Assembly: GCF_001194135.2 (NCBI RefSeq)
Contig: NC_068983.1
Coordinates: 72,799,039-72,863,038 of the forward strand
Source: Octopus bimaculoides
Lineage: Eukaryota
DNA length: 64,000 nt
Reading direction: 5' to 3'
Numbering within the stretch: the first letter of the stretch is position 1; each line of letters starts with the position of its first letter. Position numbers and translations under genes: made by a program. This document shows, piece by piece, positions 13,652 to 27,896 of the stretch. The notes under the pieces are model-generated. The model worked only from the letters and a program-made list of their open reading frames with translations, ran no database searches and was not told the origin of the DNA.

Positions 13652-15181
13652 GATTATCTACATTCAGAAAAAAATTGAAGCTAACAAAATGCTTATAAAG
13701 TTAAGCAGGATTGCCTACAGACCATACACTTGCAAATTCAAACTTTACAACTTAAGCCAAGACAGTATTTTGTGTCTCTAAGCAAAGCATTTGCTTACTC
13801 CAGTTTATCTTACTGATTTGCTATTTTATGATTGAGTAGTTAGTTGTATGAAGGATATCCAGCTGTAACAATTGGTCAAACACAGAACCCATCTATTTTC
13901 CTAAACAAGCATGGAAAGATGAAAGTCCACAAGTGTGTGTGTGCATGCATTCGTGCACTCATGTCTACACTTTTACTGGTGTCAGTCATTAGATTGCAGC
14001 CATGCTTTAATCATATTGATCTCTATTTGTCAAACCACTTGGAACATACACATCAGTACCTTATGTGTGTTTGTATTCATTGGTTTTAATGAACGGGAAA
14101 AAAGTATTCAGCATAGTATTGAGTGGAGTGTACTTTTCGTTTCCATATATATATAAAAAATTAACAGAATGAGATAAAAATCCAAGGTAAATAGGTCTTA
14201 CAGCTGTTTCCAGGATATATTATATATATACCTTCATCAGAGATGGTGTAAGAAGATGGTTAAACAATAGTTAATCTAGATAAGATATGAAATAGAGAGT
14301 GGAGTGGAGGAATGAAAATAGACATGAGATATGCAGGGATATTGTATCTTTAGTTCCAAAATATATACATGTAAAACACCCACTACACTCTCGGAGTGGT
14401 TGGTGTTAGGAAGGGCATCCAGCTGTAGAAACTCTGCCAGATCAGATTGGAGCGTGGTGTAGCCATCTGGTTTCACCAGTCCTCTGTCAAATCGTCCAAC
14501 CCATGCTAGCATGGAAAGCGGACGTTAAACGATGATGATGATGATGATGATAAATATATATATATATATATATATACACATACATGTGTATATATATATA
14601 TATATATATACATTATATATATATATATATATATCATCATCATCATCGTTTAATGTCTGCTTTCCATGCTAGCATGGGTTGGACGATTTGACTGAGGACT
14701 GGTGAACCGGATGGCTGCACCAGGCTCCAATCTGATCTGGCAGAGTTTCTACAGCTGTGTGCTTTTATGTGCCACCGGCACAAGCACCTGTCTGGCGGTA
14801 CTGGCAACAGCCACGCTCAAATGGTGTTGTTACGTGCCAGCTGCACAGGAGTCAGTCCAGCGGCACTGGCAACGTCCTCGCTCGAATGTTTTGTTCACAT
14901 GCCACCGGCACAAGTGCCAGTAAGGCGATGCTGGTAATGATCATGCTCAAATGGTGCTTTTTACGTGCCACCGGCACGGAAGCCAGACCGCTGCTCTGGC
15001 AGTGATTCTCGTTCAGATGGTGCTGTTAGCGCTCCACTGGCACGAGTGCCAGTCATCAAATTTGGTTCAGTTACGATTTCACTTGTCCCAACAGGTCATC
15101 GCAAGCAGAGCTTACTGTCCAATGAAGGAAGGTTGGCATGGGTGCCAGTCGTCGAATTTGGTTCTATATATATATATACAC

Positions 15182-15223
<42 letters not shown>

Positions 15224-15656
15224 NNNNNNNNNNNNNNNNNNNNNNNNNNNNNNNNNNNNNNNNNNNNNNNNNNNNNNNNNNNNNNNNNNNNNNNNNNNNN
15301 NNNNNNNNNNNNNNNNNNNNNNNNNNNNNNNNNNNNNNNNNNNNNNNNNNNNNNNNNNNNNNNNNNNNNNNNNNNNNNNNNNNNNNNNNNNNNNNNNNNN
15401 NNNNNNNNNNNNNNNNNNNNNNNNNNNNNNNNNNNNNNNNNNNNNNNNNNNNNNNNNNNNNNNNNNNNNNNNNNNNNNNNNNNNNNNNNNNNNNNNNNNN
15501 NNNNNNNNNNNNNNNNNNNNNNNNNNNNNNNNNNNNNNNNNNNNNNNNNNNNNNNNNNNNNNNNNNNNNNNNNNNNNNNNNNNNNNNNNNNNNNNNNNNN
15601 NNNNNNNNNNNNNNNNNNNNNNNNNNNNNNNNNNNNNNNNNNNNNNNNNNNNNNNN

Positions 15657-15705
<49 letters not shown>

Positions 15706-17503
15706 ATGTTCTGAGATTATACTTAAATAGAATTTGGAGTTTTATTTCTTAAGTCTTTGATGTATGAGTGTGTGTGTAAATTCTATAACAAAATGACTTT
15801 TTAGTCTTACTGAGCATATGACAAGCTCTGGCGTTGGTGCTACAATAAAATCCAGCCATAGAAACAATATCAAGATTGGAATTTATGAGTGATGCTTGGT
15901 CTCTAACCCATCTAACAGAGCAGTATAAGGACTTGGATTATGACAACTCATCTAACCCATGCCAGCATGGAAAGCAGATACATGATACTCCTATTGATAT
16001 TGATTTCTAGCCTTATTTCAAGACAAAGGTCCAACAAGCAGTTTTGTTCTTCTTAGCTGTCATGTCATACCCAGATTTTCATTTTTAAAGTTAGTAAAAG
16101 AGAGATGGTACAATTCCCATATCTTTGTCAAGTTCTTCCAGACTAGTATATTTGTAGTTAATGCATACAGGGCAGTGTAGGCAAGGAGGAATTCCAGAAG
16201 GATGCAGTTCTAGGAATGAAAGACTGCCTGAAATTTTTCGTACGGAGTCTTGGAATGTGCATCAGTGATGGTGGCAAAGATAAGTGTGATACTTAGAGTG
16301 AGTTTGGGTAGTAGTCCAAAGAAACAAATACAGAATGTATTAATTCATATACTCTATGATGTGTTATTTAATTTTACGCACTAATTGCCAAATTAAATGG
16401 TTTAACTTGGATATTGACTATCATATAAACTGTCTGCCTCAGACAGTAAATGTTGTTTTGTGATTATCAAGACTGAGTGGGACCCAGCTCAAATATTAAA
16501 ATTAGAATTCTTGGTTATTGAATGTGTTTCTTCTCTATCAGGATAATAACCCCAGAGTTAGTTTTTAAGAGTAAGGCTTGAAATATTTTCTCAAAATTAA
16601 TTCCTTTTTAGTGTATAATTGTTTACTGTAAATATTTAATTCATCAATATATAAATAACATTCAACCCATTAGCATATTATAATGTAGTGCATATTTATT
16701 CACATTGTTTTAAATTAATCATGCATTACCCTGTAGTTTTGAGATTTTGATGAAGTGATTGCTTATTTTCAAAATGGCAATGTTGGGGAGTTATGAGAGA
16801 CCAGGTCTGGTTGCTTTGAACTTAAAACTTGAAGAATATTTGGGCTAGGTATGGCCAGTTTAAATGCTAGAGTTAAAATAATTGAGCTAAGGTACTTGAT
16901 GACTCTGTCAGTGCAAGTGCCACATAAAAAGCATCCAGTACACTGTAAAGTAGTTGCTGTTAGGAAGAGCATCCAGCTGTAGAAACCAAGCCAAAACACA
17001 GTGGAACCTGGTGTGGCTCCTGGCCTTGCCAGCTCCTGTCAAACCACTCAACCCATGCCTGCATGGAAAACGGATCTTAAAGGTTGCTGATGATGATGAT
17101 GATGACTACCATTAAAACAGAAAAAAGAGCAGACGTAATATATGGCATCAAGTCTCACCTATCTATCCTATTGCTTGTATCATTACTTCAAAGAAAATTT
17201 CAATAACTTAATTCTACTTAACAATTCATGTGTGTACATATACATACATACACATCCTACACATCCTTGTCAAGCTGTGGCGGGGGACAAACAGACACAT
17301 ACACACACATATACTTGACAGACTTCCACACAGTTTTCACCTACCAAATCCACTTACAAGGCATTGTTTGACTCAGGATTATAGTAAAAGACACTTGTTC
17401 AAGATGCCAGTCAATGGGACTGAACCTAAAACATGTGGTTGCAAAGCAAGCTTCTTAACCCACACAGTCATGCCTGCATTTATGTATGTTGTATGTATGT
17501 ATG

Positions 17504-17560
<57 letters not shown>

Positions 17561-20500
17561 TTTATTATATGTATTTATATTCTCTAAGTTAATAAATAAC
17601 CCCAACAAAATAAATTGGTTAATAGATACCAGGGTAGCAAAGATCACAAAATGACTGGTGTTACTCCTGTTTATGAGGTTGAAACTCCTTGTTATTTTGG
17701 GTACTTGAGTAAATATATAGCAATCTTCTGTAACTGCAGCTATCATATTTGGTTAAAATGTCTTACGGTTAAGCTGGTTCCTATGTATTTCCCTGAAGAG
17801 AAGATTACATCCTTATCAACAACACCTATTCCTATGGAAGGTATAATTTGTAATCTTCGAAACATATGTTGGAAATAAAAGAATTCATTTAACATATGCG
17901 TTTTACTCCATTTACTAAATTTATATATATATATGTATGTCATGTATGTATGCATGCGTATGTATGTTGGATTAAGTTATGAATAATATGAACATTTACT
18001 GTTAAAAAGATTCAGTATTGTTGGCAAAGCCTACTTTATTATATATAGGGATTGTCTGTGACTTGAAATTTGGTCTCTGAATGCTTATTCAATCTGTTTC
18101 AATGAACCTTAAGCAATAAGACTTGTCACAGCCTGTCTGTCTGTCTCTCTCTCTCTCTCTCCAAATGACTGAAACAAATAAGACAAAATATATATATATA
18201 TATATATCCATTTTCTAGAATGTGTCAACAGAGCAGTGTGATGTTCTTAAAGGAATATGGTCTTCATTCATCCAAAGCAGTCTAAGGTAAGTATGTTACC
18301 TATTTAAATATGTAGGTTGCCTCTGCTATATTCTTTTGTTTATGCTACTTCTAGAATTTATGACAATGATTTTGTTTTCATATTTCACTCGTTATGACAG
18401 GAAACACCACACTGGATTCATTGATTACATCTGTAGTTCAAAAAATGAAAAGAGGAACCTCTTTGTGATCGTTTGACCAGCTAAACATAGCAAAATCTCC
18501 TTGAAGTTACACCCAAATGTCTCAAAGTGGAAAACAGATTTCTGGATGTATTATGCCTGAAGCAAAGACAGCTTGAGCTCCTTTGATCAGAGATCTGCTG
18601 AATCAGGTTTGGAGTTGTTTTAAGATCCGAAACTCCAGATACATTATTTTTAGTGAGACAACTGCATGAAAAGTTCGTAACAAAGAACAAATCACATTGC
18701 TTTATACTTGTTGAACTAGAGCAAAATATTAACAGGTTCTATTGTTCTATTGTCTAATGAGGACATGGAATCTCTGGTTGACTGGCTTGTGAGGGCCATT
18801 CAAGCCATTTACAAGGATTTTGTAAGTAACGATAAGGCTGGCAATGACTTTAGTGAAGAATTTTGTGTACAAGTAGGTGTTCTTTACATTCAGTTCTCAG
18901 TTGCCTTACATTCATTTTAGTCTTTGAGGTTTATAACACAAGAGTACGGGATTGATTGTTTTTAAAAGGTTATATATGTTAATGATCTGGTTAAAAGCAT
19001 CAGCAGAAGTGTGCAGGAAAGCACCCCCAATCCACCCCTTACACTTGTATGGAGATGTGATGGTAGAAAATACCCTTAAAAAATAGATTTGAGAATGTGT
19101 AGTCAGATCTCAGATAGTAGATCTTGCAAAAGATTGCTATTTTAAGCAGCAGACTATGTAGTAGCTTGCCCGATGACTTATCTATATTATAGTAGATATA
19201 TTTAGTGTCTATTTTACAGTGAGATCAATGGTTTTGAACAGCCAAAATTGTTATTCTATACCAGTATGTTATAGCAAGGTCAGTAGGTCATATGCTATTA
19301 TCTTCTCTATTGCAAGTACTGAGTTGAGTTTTGCCTACATGGAGACCTACTTGCAAAAAACTTGTGCTCTCATTGAGTAATTGAACACTCAGCAGTAACA
19401 AAGGTATTCAGCTGTCAAAAAAACTTTCTATCACTCACACAAATATGCAAGCTTATAATTACTGTAAAGCAGTTTCACAAAATGTTCCTGTATATAAAAC
19501 TTCAAAAAATTATTTTTCTTACAGATTCTGTTTTACTAACCCCGTGTTGTTGCAAATCTTGGTCAATGTTCTTCCCTCTATGTATTGCAAGAAAAACAAA
19601 ACAAATGTTTCACCAACCTTGAAAGAACTTCACCAGATGCTTATTTGCCATTCTGAGTTCATGAACATTATGATGGAAAGTGACTCAGGTGTAACAAAAG
19701 GTAAACATTGATACATTATTACAATTACATCTTGAAAGAGCCATTCTAGCCATTTGATAGCACACAAAACTGTTAAATTTACTTTTCTTTCATGAGGTGT
19801 CTAAACTTCCTTTGCATGTCTGCAACCTGGTCACTGTTACAGTTCCATTGCAACTGTTTGAAAGTTTGTTAATAGCCACTTTCTTTCATAGGAAACTTAG
19901 GGACATTTGTTTGTTGCATTCATGTATATTGACTTAGATCCCCATGTCATAGGTCGGTCATCATTACTTCTTTCAATTCTTCTTTATTTGGCTGTTTATG
20001 ATATGGTATATGTACTAATGTCATCTTTCCACCTTTTTCCTTTTATATACACACACATGCACATATAAGTACATATACAGTTTTTGCATATAACACAAAA
20101 GGAGAGAAACATGAGAGCCAATATTAATACAGAGATCATTTAAATAAATTACTTATGCTAAAGTGAAAATAAGTATGTATTCTGAAACTAATTGTAGGCA
20201 TTACTCAATTAAAATTCCATTATTATAAATGCATTTAAATCAACTTCCAGTGGCTGCTCACAAGATACCGGAGGTAACACATGTATTCACTATGCATAAT
20301 CTGTATTTTCTCTTCAAAAGATTGGATGTGAAAGTAATGAAGCTAGCTCTGTATTTTTAAGTGTCATCATCATTGGCGTAATGTCTACTTTTCTGTGTTT
20401 ATATGATTGTTATAAACCCAAACTGGAATATCTAAGTTTAAATACAGCAATCTACATTACAAACAAAGATTGCTAAATTGTAAGCAAAACCAAACTTCAA

Positions 20501-23500
20501 CGTAATAACAGTTTTATGCAACAAGTTGCTACAGTCTCAACTAACTAAAAACCAACACTGAACAAATCGTGCTGCAAACAGAACAGAACTCAGCGCAGCT
20601 GCACTGCAAACAAATAACAGCAATCGAGACAATCAAAATCACGTGATCAATACTAAAATCACAACAGTGATGATTAAAGTAAGCTGTAGATCCAACAGAA
20701 AAGGAAACCCACCAAATTGACCACAAGGAATAAATTGCCAACACAGTTCTTGAAAGCCCAATCCATGTGAATACATTCCCAAGGACCATCCTTATTCTAC
20801 ATCGCTGTTAAACCTGCAATGGACTGGCAGTTTTTAATTATTTAAACAAAATATACAGCATTTGTTATATATTCATTAGGAGTTCAATACACGACAGTAT
20901 GCATCAGACAAAACTGTTTTTAGCAAATTTTCTAAAGTTGGATGCTCTTCCTGTTGCCAACTTTCACCTGTTTCCAAGTAAGGTCATAATCTTGTTCCAG
21001 TTCTTCAAACATGAACAGCTCAATAGCCAAACATGTTTTCATGGAAGATAGCAAACAAATGATATCATTTTGTTTGAATGGTGACATAATTTACAATAAA
21101 CGTGCAAATATCCAAACAAGGTGATAGAAATATGCATGCACACTCACTTGCTCTTGCATGCTTAAATTTATAAAATGAGCTTCTTATAGTTTTCATTTAT
21201 CAAGTCAACTCATAAGTCACTGGTCAATCTCCGGCTATAGTAGAAGACACTCAAGATGCCATGCAGTGAGACTGAACCTGAATCCACATGCTTGCAAAGC
21301 CAACTCCTTAACCATACGGTCATACTTGCAGCTATTTATAAATATTTTTATATGAATTCTTTGAAAACTGTTCAATAATCCTTTCAGAATGTTTATTTTG
21401 ATCAAGGTTTGTAAATGATAACATGGTGTTAATTTTTGTTTATTTTCATATGTCTTAATCAGGAAAATGTTCAGTACAACTTTTCTCATGGTTTCTGAGA
21501 CTAGTAAGAGGAACAGAAAGTTATCCTCAGACCAGAGATCTTGCTTACAACAGAGTTAACACCATATGTACATATACATTCCTCACCCTTGCATTATTTT
21601 TTTCCTATTACCACTACTATATAACACTAATGTAATTTCCATTATTGTCTTTAAATTTTAAAAAATGTTTCAAATAAAAATAAAAAAAACTTTGTTTCAG
21701 AACTTTTACTGGACATTATTCTACTTATCATGGAGATGGAACCAGAATGCTGTGTTGAAGCACATCTCAATATCTTTTTTGGAGCCTATGGAGCCACCTT
21801 ATCTCTTGAAGGTTAAATTTTATCTAAAAGATTTTTCATCTTTTCTATTAATTACCCATGCAATTTTTCTCTATCATTCCCTATATTTGTCTCAAATTAT
21901 GTATATGAAATTATTTCCATAAAAATATTAAGCTAAGTTAGCTGCATGATTATTAAGTCATTTATATATTTGTCTTTCTATGAAGTGGCTTCACAAAAAT
22001 CATAACATAAAGATGAACAGTTTTTATCACTGGAAAGAGGAAAATATATATCTATTTTTTCAGTTCATACAAGGCCTCAATCTGTAGGAGAGGAATCTAG
22101 TCACTTGAACTGACACTAGTACCTTCTTGATATTTATTTTACTGACCCCTGGATGAATGGAATGCTAACTTCATTTGCATTTCAAATTAGAATATAGAGG
22201 GAAGAAACTAAATGCTGTAAGGCATTTACTAGAGTTCTAACATTCCTGCTACTCTACCAGTTTTATATAATATTTATTATCCCAAATATTGATGCCTATT
22301 AAAAATCTTGAATGAAATATAAATGAACAAAAACAAGTAATAAGTACTTATTTTTGCACAAGATAAGCTCCCATTAGCAATGGTAATGTTAGAAAGAGAT
22401 CACAGCAAACATTTGCTGTATTACCGATAGATCAATGAGGAATTCTTTATGTGTTCATTCAACCTACTACAAATAGCAGTTAAATCAAAATTACACTCTG
22501 TCATCTTAAAAACATGGGAAATAACATGCATTAGGTAATGTAATCCTAGATAACCTTAAAAAGATAGGAGTGTCCTGGTTAAAACACTTTTGCCCATAGG
22601 TCTGTTCAGTCATAGCTGACATAGGCCTAAACATCAACAGCAGGTCTACCTTATCACTATCGTGATCATTATATACAAACCACAGAAAGTCTTACAATAA
22701 TTAGAAGCTAATGATTTCATTGTTGCCAGCGTGGACAAGGGATGTTAAATGATGATCAAATGAATGTACATTTTGGAAAAAGAACATTAAAAAAATATGC
22801 TTTTTTAAAACTTGAAGGACATTCCTATTTCTTTTTAGATACTTTGTATATCACTAGCATACTGTTTTTTCTGTATATCACAAGCTATGTTTAAGATATT
22901 AAAAAAGTTGCATAAAAAAAGTATGATACACTATTTACAAAGAAGAGAATAAAAATTCTTAGGAATGGAATGAAGTAGTTCATTATTGAGAATGTGCTAT
23001 TCAGGCTAGTGAGGTCATAAAGAAGAATTATAGTAAAAAAAACTATAATTCTTTTCATGACAGCCTGTAAGAGGAGTACTTTATGCAAGTCATTTTATTT
23101 TATTTACAAATCTTGAAATATGTTTTCAATGTTACTAAAAATGATTCTTCCACTACAATCAATAGCCTACTATAAAACAACTAAATCAGTTTAAAGATTC
23201 ACTTAATGATTCTACTTCCTTCTTTTTTCAGACCAGAAACTGTTGAAGATCATTTCACTTTATGAGAAGAATGGAATCAATCTTAATAAATTTAGGTGAG
23301 TGGGGTTAAATTTTCATTTAGTTAGTTTGTTGTTATTAAAACTAGCATCATTAATTGCAGGTTAATCCAGGCAGAGAATACTAAAGATCAGTCTTGACTG
23401 GAGTCAATGGTATTGATAAAAACCTCTTCCCTTCAATTACTGGCCTTTTGCCTGAATTAAAAACAGTTATTAGCAGCATCACTGTTGCTTCACTGAAGAC

Positions 23501-26500
23501 TTGGTCTTCAGATTTACATGTGCTACATTCTTATTTCTTTATTGCCCACAAGGGGCTAAATATAGAAGGGACAAAGGGATAAAGTCAATTACATTGACCC
23601 CAGTGCATAACTGGTACTTAATTTATCTCCCCCAAAAGGATGAAAGGCAAAGTCGACCTCGGCGGAATTTGAACTCTGAACGTAAAGACAGACGAAATAC
23701 CACTAAGCATTTCACCCGGCGTATTAACGCTTCTGCTAGCTCGCCTTGTGCTACGTTCTTAGGAATCATCATCAATTGCAACTGCTTATTCTTGGTGTGT
23801 GTATGTGTGACTCTTCTGAATTTTTTGAGATTTTCAATTATGTTTGTAGGATCACCTATCTTTTCCAATGTAGCAAACACTCTTAGTGGTCTCCCACAAC
23901 CTTTTTATGGTGAAGCATAGCCAATTCTGTGTGAATAAGAAAGAGGGAGATAGAGAAAATGAGAATTGACTTCGGTATTTGACAGGTACTTTATCTGTTG
24001 CCATTGAAGAGTTAAAGAGTAACTTAGCAGGATTTACACTTAGTGTGCAGAAAGCAGGAACAAATGCTGCAGCAATTTCTATTTGACAACAACCACTCTG
24101 CCATTTCGCCTCCTACTCCTGTGGAATAATTTAGGCTAATTCCTCTCTTGCTCCTTTATGGTAGTAAAATCAGAATTTTTGTTTTTCCCCTTGACCAAAA
24201 TCAGAAGACATCGCAAGTCAGAGACAACCTGCTCAAGAAACTGCAACCACATTAGCCATTTTACTGTTGTATTTGACTACAGTCATGTAAAAATTTCTAT
24301 ATTCTTTAATAGAGAAATTTAGGCTTTATATTGACTATTTTACCCTGACAATGAGGTTTAGAGAAAATCTGTGAGACAATGTGACACTGAAAGGGCTAAT
24401 ATCTTTCCCATCTTTGATCTCCTTCATATATTACCTAGATTCTGGCCCTGGGTTCAATACTATTAAAGTTATATATCAAAAATTTATATAGATGCAGGTG
24501 TAGCTGTGTGGTAAGAAGTTTGCTTCTGAACCACATGGTTTCAGGTTCAGTCCCACTGTGTGGTAACTTCGACAAGTGTCTTCTACTGTAGTCCAAGGCC
24601 AACCAAAGTCTTGTGATTGAATTTGGTAAATGGAAACTGAAAGCAGTTCATCGTATATATATATCATCATCATCATCATCATCGTTTTACGTCCGCTTTC
24701 CATGCTAGCATGGGTTGGACGATTTGACTGAGGACTGGTGAAACCGGATGGCAACACCAGGCTCCAGTCTGATTTGGCAGAGTTTCTACAGCTGGATGCC
24801 CTTCCTANNNNNNNNNNNNTGGGGAGAGTCAGTCAAGACTATTGATAAGGTTGCAAGACACAACAAAAATTTTAGGAAAATAAAAATAAGAAATAAGTGG
24901 AAATTTTACCGGTGAGTGTGTTAAATTTTAAGGCACAATAAGAAAATGACTCTCCCCAGACACAACAGAATATGCTTCAACACATGAAATCACATAAAAA
25001 ATCTTGCAAACCAAATCCAAAAACGATATATATATATATATATAAATGATGTTTGTGTTTTCTCCTGTACAAACCAGTGTTTGTTTGTTTACATTCCCAA
25101 AACTTATCTGCTTGGTAAAAAGTGACCAATAGACTAACTATCAGGCATTAAGAATAAGTATTGGGATCAATTTGTTCAAGGCAGTCCAATGACTGAAAGA
25201 AGTGAATGATAAATGATGTGATTCATTTTCTTTTTGTTTTTTTCTTCTAGGCCATACTTGTGGGGAACAAAATTTATGGAAGTCTATACAATGAACAGAA
25301 GCTTACAAGATGATTTAAAGGTACAAGGCAGTGCCACTGATGTATTAAACTTCATTGACAAGAATAAAATGATGAATTCTGTTTCAAATTTTCCTTTGGA
25401 GAGAAAACTATGTGTAAGTACACACTTGATTAATATCACGTAACACAATCTTGTGACTTCTGCATAAATTCTATATAAGAGAACATTGCAGTGTCACTGA
25501 TATTCCTGTATATTCTGAGTTCCAGCTGTTTCAGTTTGCCTTTCATTTTTTGGGATGCACAGACATGGTTGTATGGTTAAGAAGCTTGCTTCTCAGTCAT
25601 GTAGTTTCTGGTTCAGTTTCCACACAGCATACTGAGCAAGTGTTTTCTACTATAGTCCCAGGCCAATCAAAGCATTGAGAGCAGATATAGCAGTTGGAGA
25701 CTCAGTATGTGTGTGTTGCCTTGTTTTGATATCATGTAATGATTGTAAATGAGTATCACCATCATACAAGTATGTCATTCGTTTTCAGTCTTCCATGACA
25801 AAACATGACTGGCTAGTGGGGAAAATGCTACCTAGCTTGGAAACAAGTGAGAGTTGGCAACAGGGAGGACATTCAACTGTAGTAAGTCTGCCTCAGCAAA
25901 TTTTGTTTGACCTATGTAAGCATGGAAAAGTGGATGTTAAACAATAATCATAAAACAAACAAGTCAAGTACTGGAGTTGATTCAATTGATTACGTCCTCT
26001 CCCAAAATTTATGGCCTTATGCCAATAAATTGTTATTAAGGCAATGAATATTAGCATGCCATTCAAAATACTTAGCAGCATTTCATTTGACTCTACATTC
26101 TGGGTTCAAATATTACCTAAGTCAACATTATCCTTTCAGGATTAATAAAATAAGTACCTGTTAAGCATCAAGTCAATGTAATCAACTGACTGCCTCCCTC
26201 AAAATTTCAGGCTTTGTGCCTATAGTAGAAAGAATTATTTTATTGTTATTCTTTTATTTGTTTCACTGCATGGAGAGTCTTGTGTTGGCTTGTTTCTATT
26301 GTAGTAATGTAATGTGTGTGCTTATGCAAACATATTACTTCTACTATACACTCCTGTTCAAGGTTTGGGTTAAGTGCAACACTACAAGATGGTATGAAAG
26401 TGGGTGATATAAGTTCATCAGATGGTACACAACTTGCTATTTCAGAGAAACAAGCTATCATAATAATAGTAGAAGAGACAGGAGTAAGCAGCATGTTGGT

Positions 26501-27858
26501 GGACTAGTCTTCATAGGCTTCATTAGTGAACTAAAGGGTTAGATAAATTGCATTGTGGTATTTCTTATAACTCTTTTATTTTCTGAGTCTGAATGTTACC
26601 AGGATCAACTTTGTCTTTCATCTTCATAGGGTCAATAAAATGATGTACAAATCAAGTCCTGGAAATCATTTTGACTTCCTCCTTACCTTAAATTTGTGGC
26701 CTTGTGCCTATGTTAAATATATTATAGTTGTTAATAATTTTATTTTTCAGCCCTCCACAATTCTTCCTATGGACAAACTACAGTTGTTATCTACTTGTTA
26801 TGATCCTAGTTTTCTTCTCCCGGTGTTCAGCTGCATATTGGCACCAGGTATTTTATTTTTATTTTTCTATTTTAACATTCTCTTTTTTTTTTTTTATATA
26901 TAAAAAGCAGCAAAATTGATTGCTCTTTGTACTGTTGTTGATGTTTGCCTAATGTCAGCCCCACTTAAAGCAGACCTTATGATCAAAGGCATTTCTGTCA
27001 TACCCATCCTGTCTTTTTGCATATTAGGGACTACAATGTCCAATGCATCCTTTTTTGCCATTCTCAAGCACAGTAGAATATGCTTTAAGGGATATTTATT
27101 TTGCTATATATAGTAAGTTGAGCAACTGCATGGAGAGTCTTGTGTTGGCTTGTTTCTATTGTAGTAATGTAATGTGTGTGCTTATGCAAACATATTACTT
27201 CTACTATACACTCCTGTTCAAGGTTTGGGTTAAGTGCAACACTACAAGATGGTATGAAAGTGGGTGATATAAGTTCATCAGATGGTACACAACTTGCTNN
27301 NNNNNNNNGGTTAAGTGCAACACTACAAGATGGTATGAAAGTGGGTGATATAAGTTCATCAGATGGTACACAACTTGCTATTTCAGAGAAACAAGCTATC
27401 ATAATAATAGTAGAAGAGACAGGAGTAAGCAGCATGTTGGTGGACTAGTCTTCATAGGCTTCATTAGTGAACTAAAGGGTTTATACAGTTTGAACATATA
27501 TACTCTTGGTGATAAATTCAAAGTTCTAGGCTACCCTGCTTAGCCAAACAGTACTGGCTTCATTCTGCCATCCAGTCAAGTAAACACCAACAAAAATTAT
27601 CTGTGTTCACTCAGCCTATTAGGAAAAGCATCCCCAGGCTCCCTTTAATCACATCTTACCATCTTATAACAGGCAGGAGGTATTGCATAAATGTGTGTAG
27701 GCTTATATATATTATACTTGAAAATAAGACAGGATTGTCATGGTTCTTCTTCCCAAAATTGAATTTTATATACACACACATTGTAAAGGGAAAGAATCTC
27801 TACTCTCTCAGAAAAATCAATAAATAAAAAAAGATGAATTATGTTAAATTCTATTATA

Positions 27859-27896
<38 letters not shown>

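Noticed and set aside
27228-27379. 71-bp tandem repeat inside the second 276-bp copy
   Set aside because: Flanks a 10-N gap; overlap artefact.
26265-27481. TRIM/LTR element interpretation of the direct repeats
   Set aside because: No TG...CA ends, PBS, PPT or TSD seen, and the interior is a host exon.
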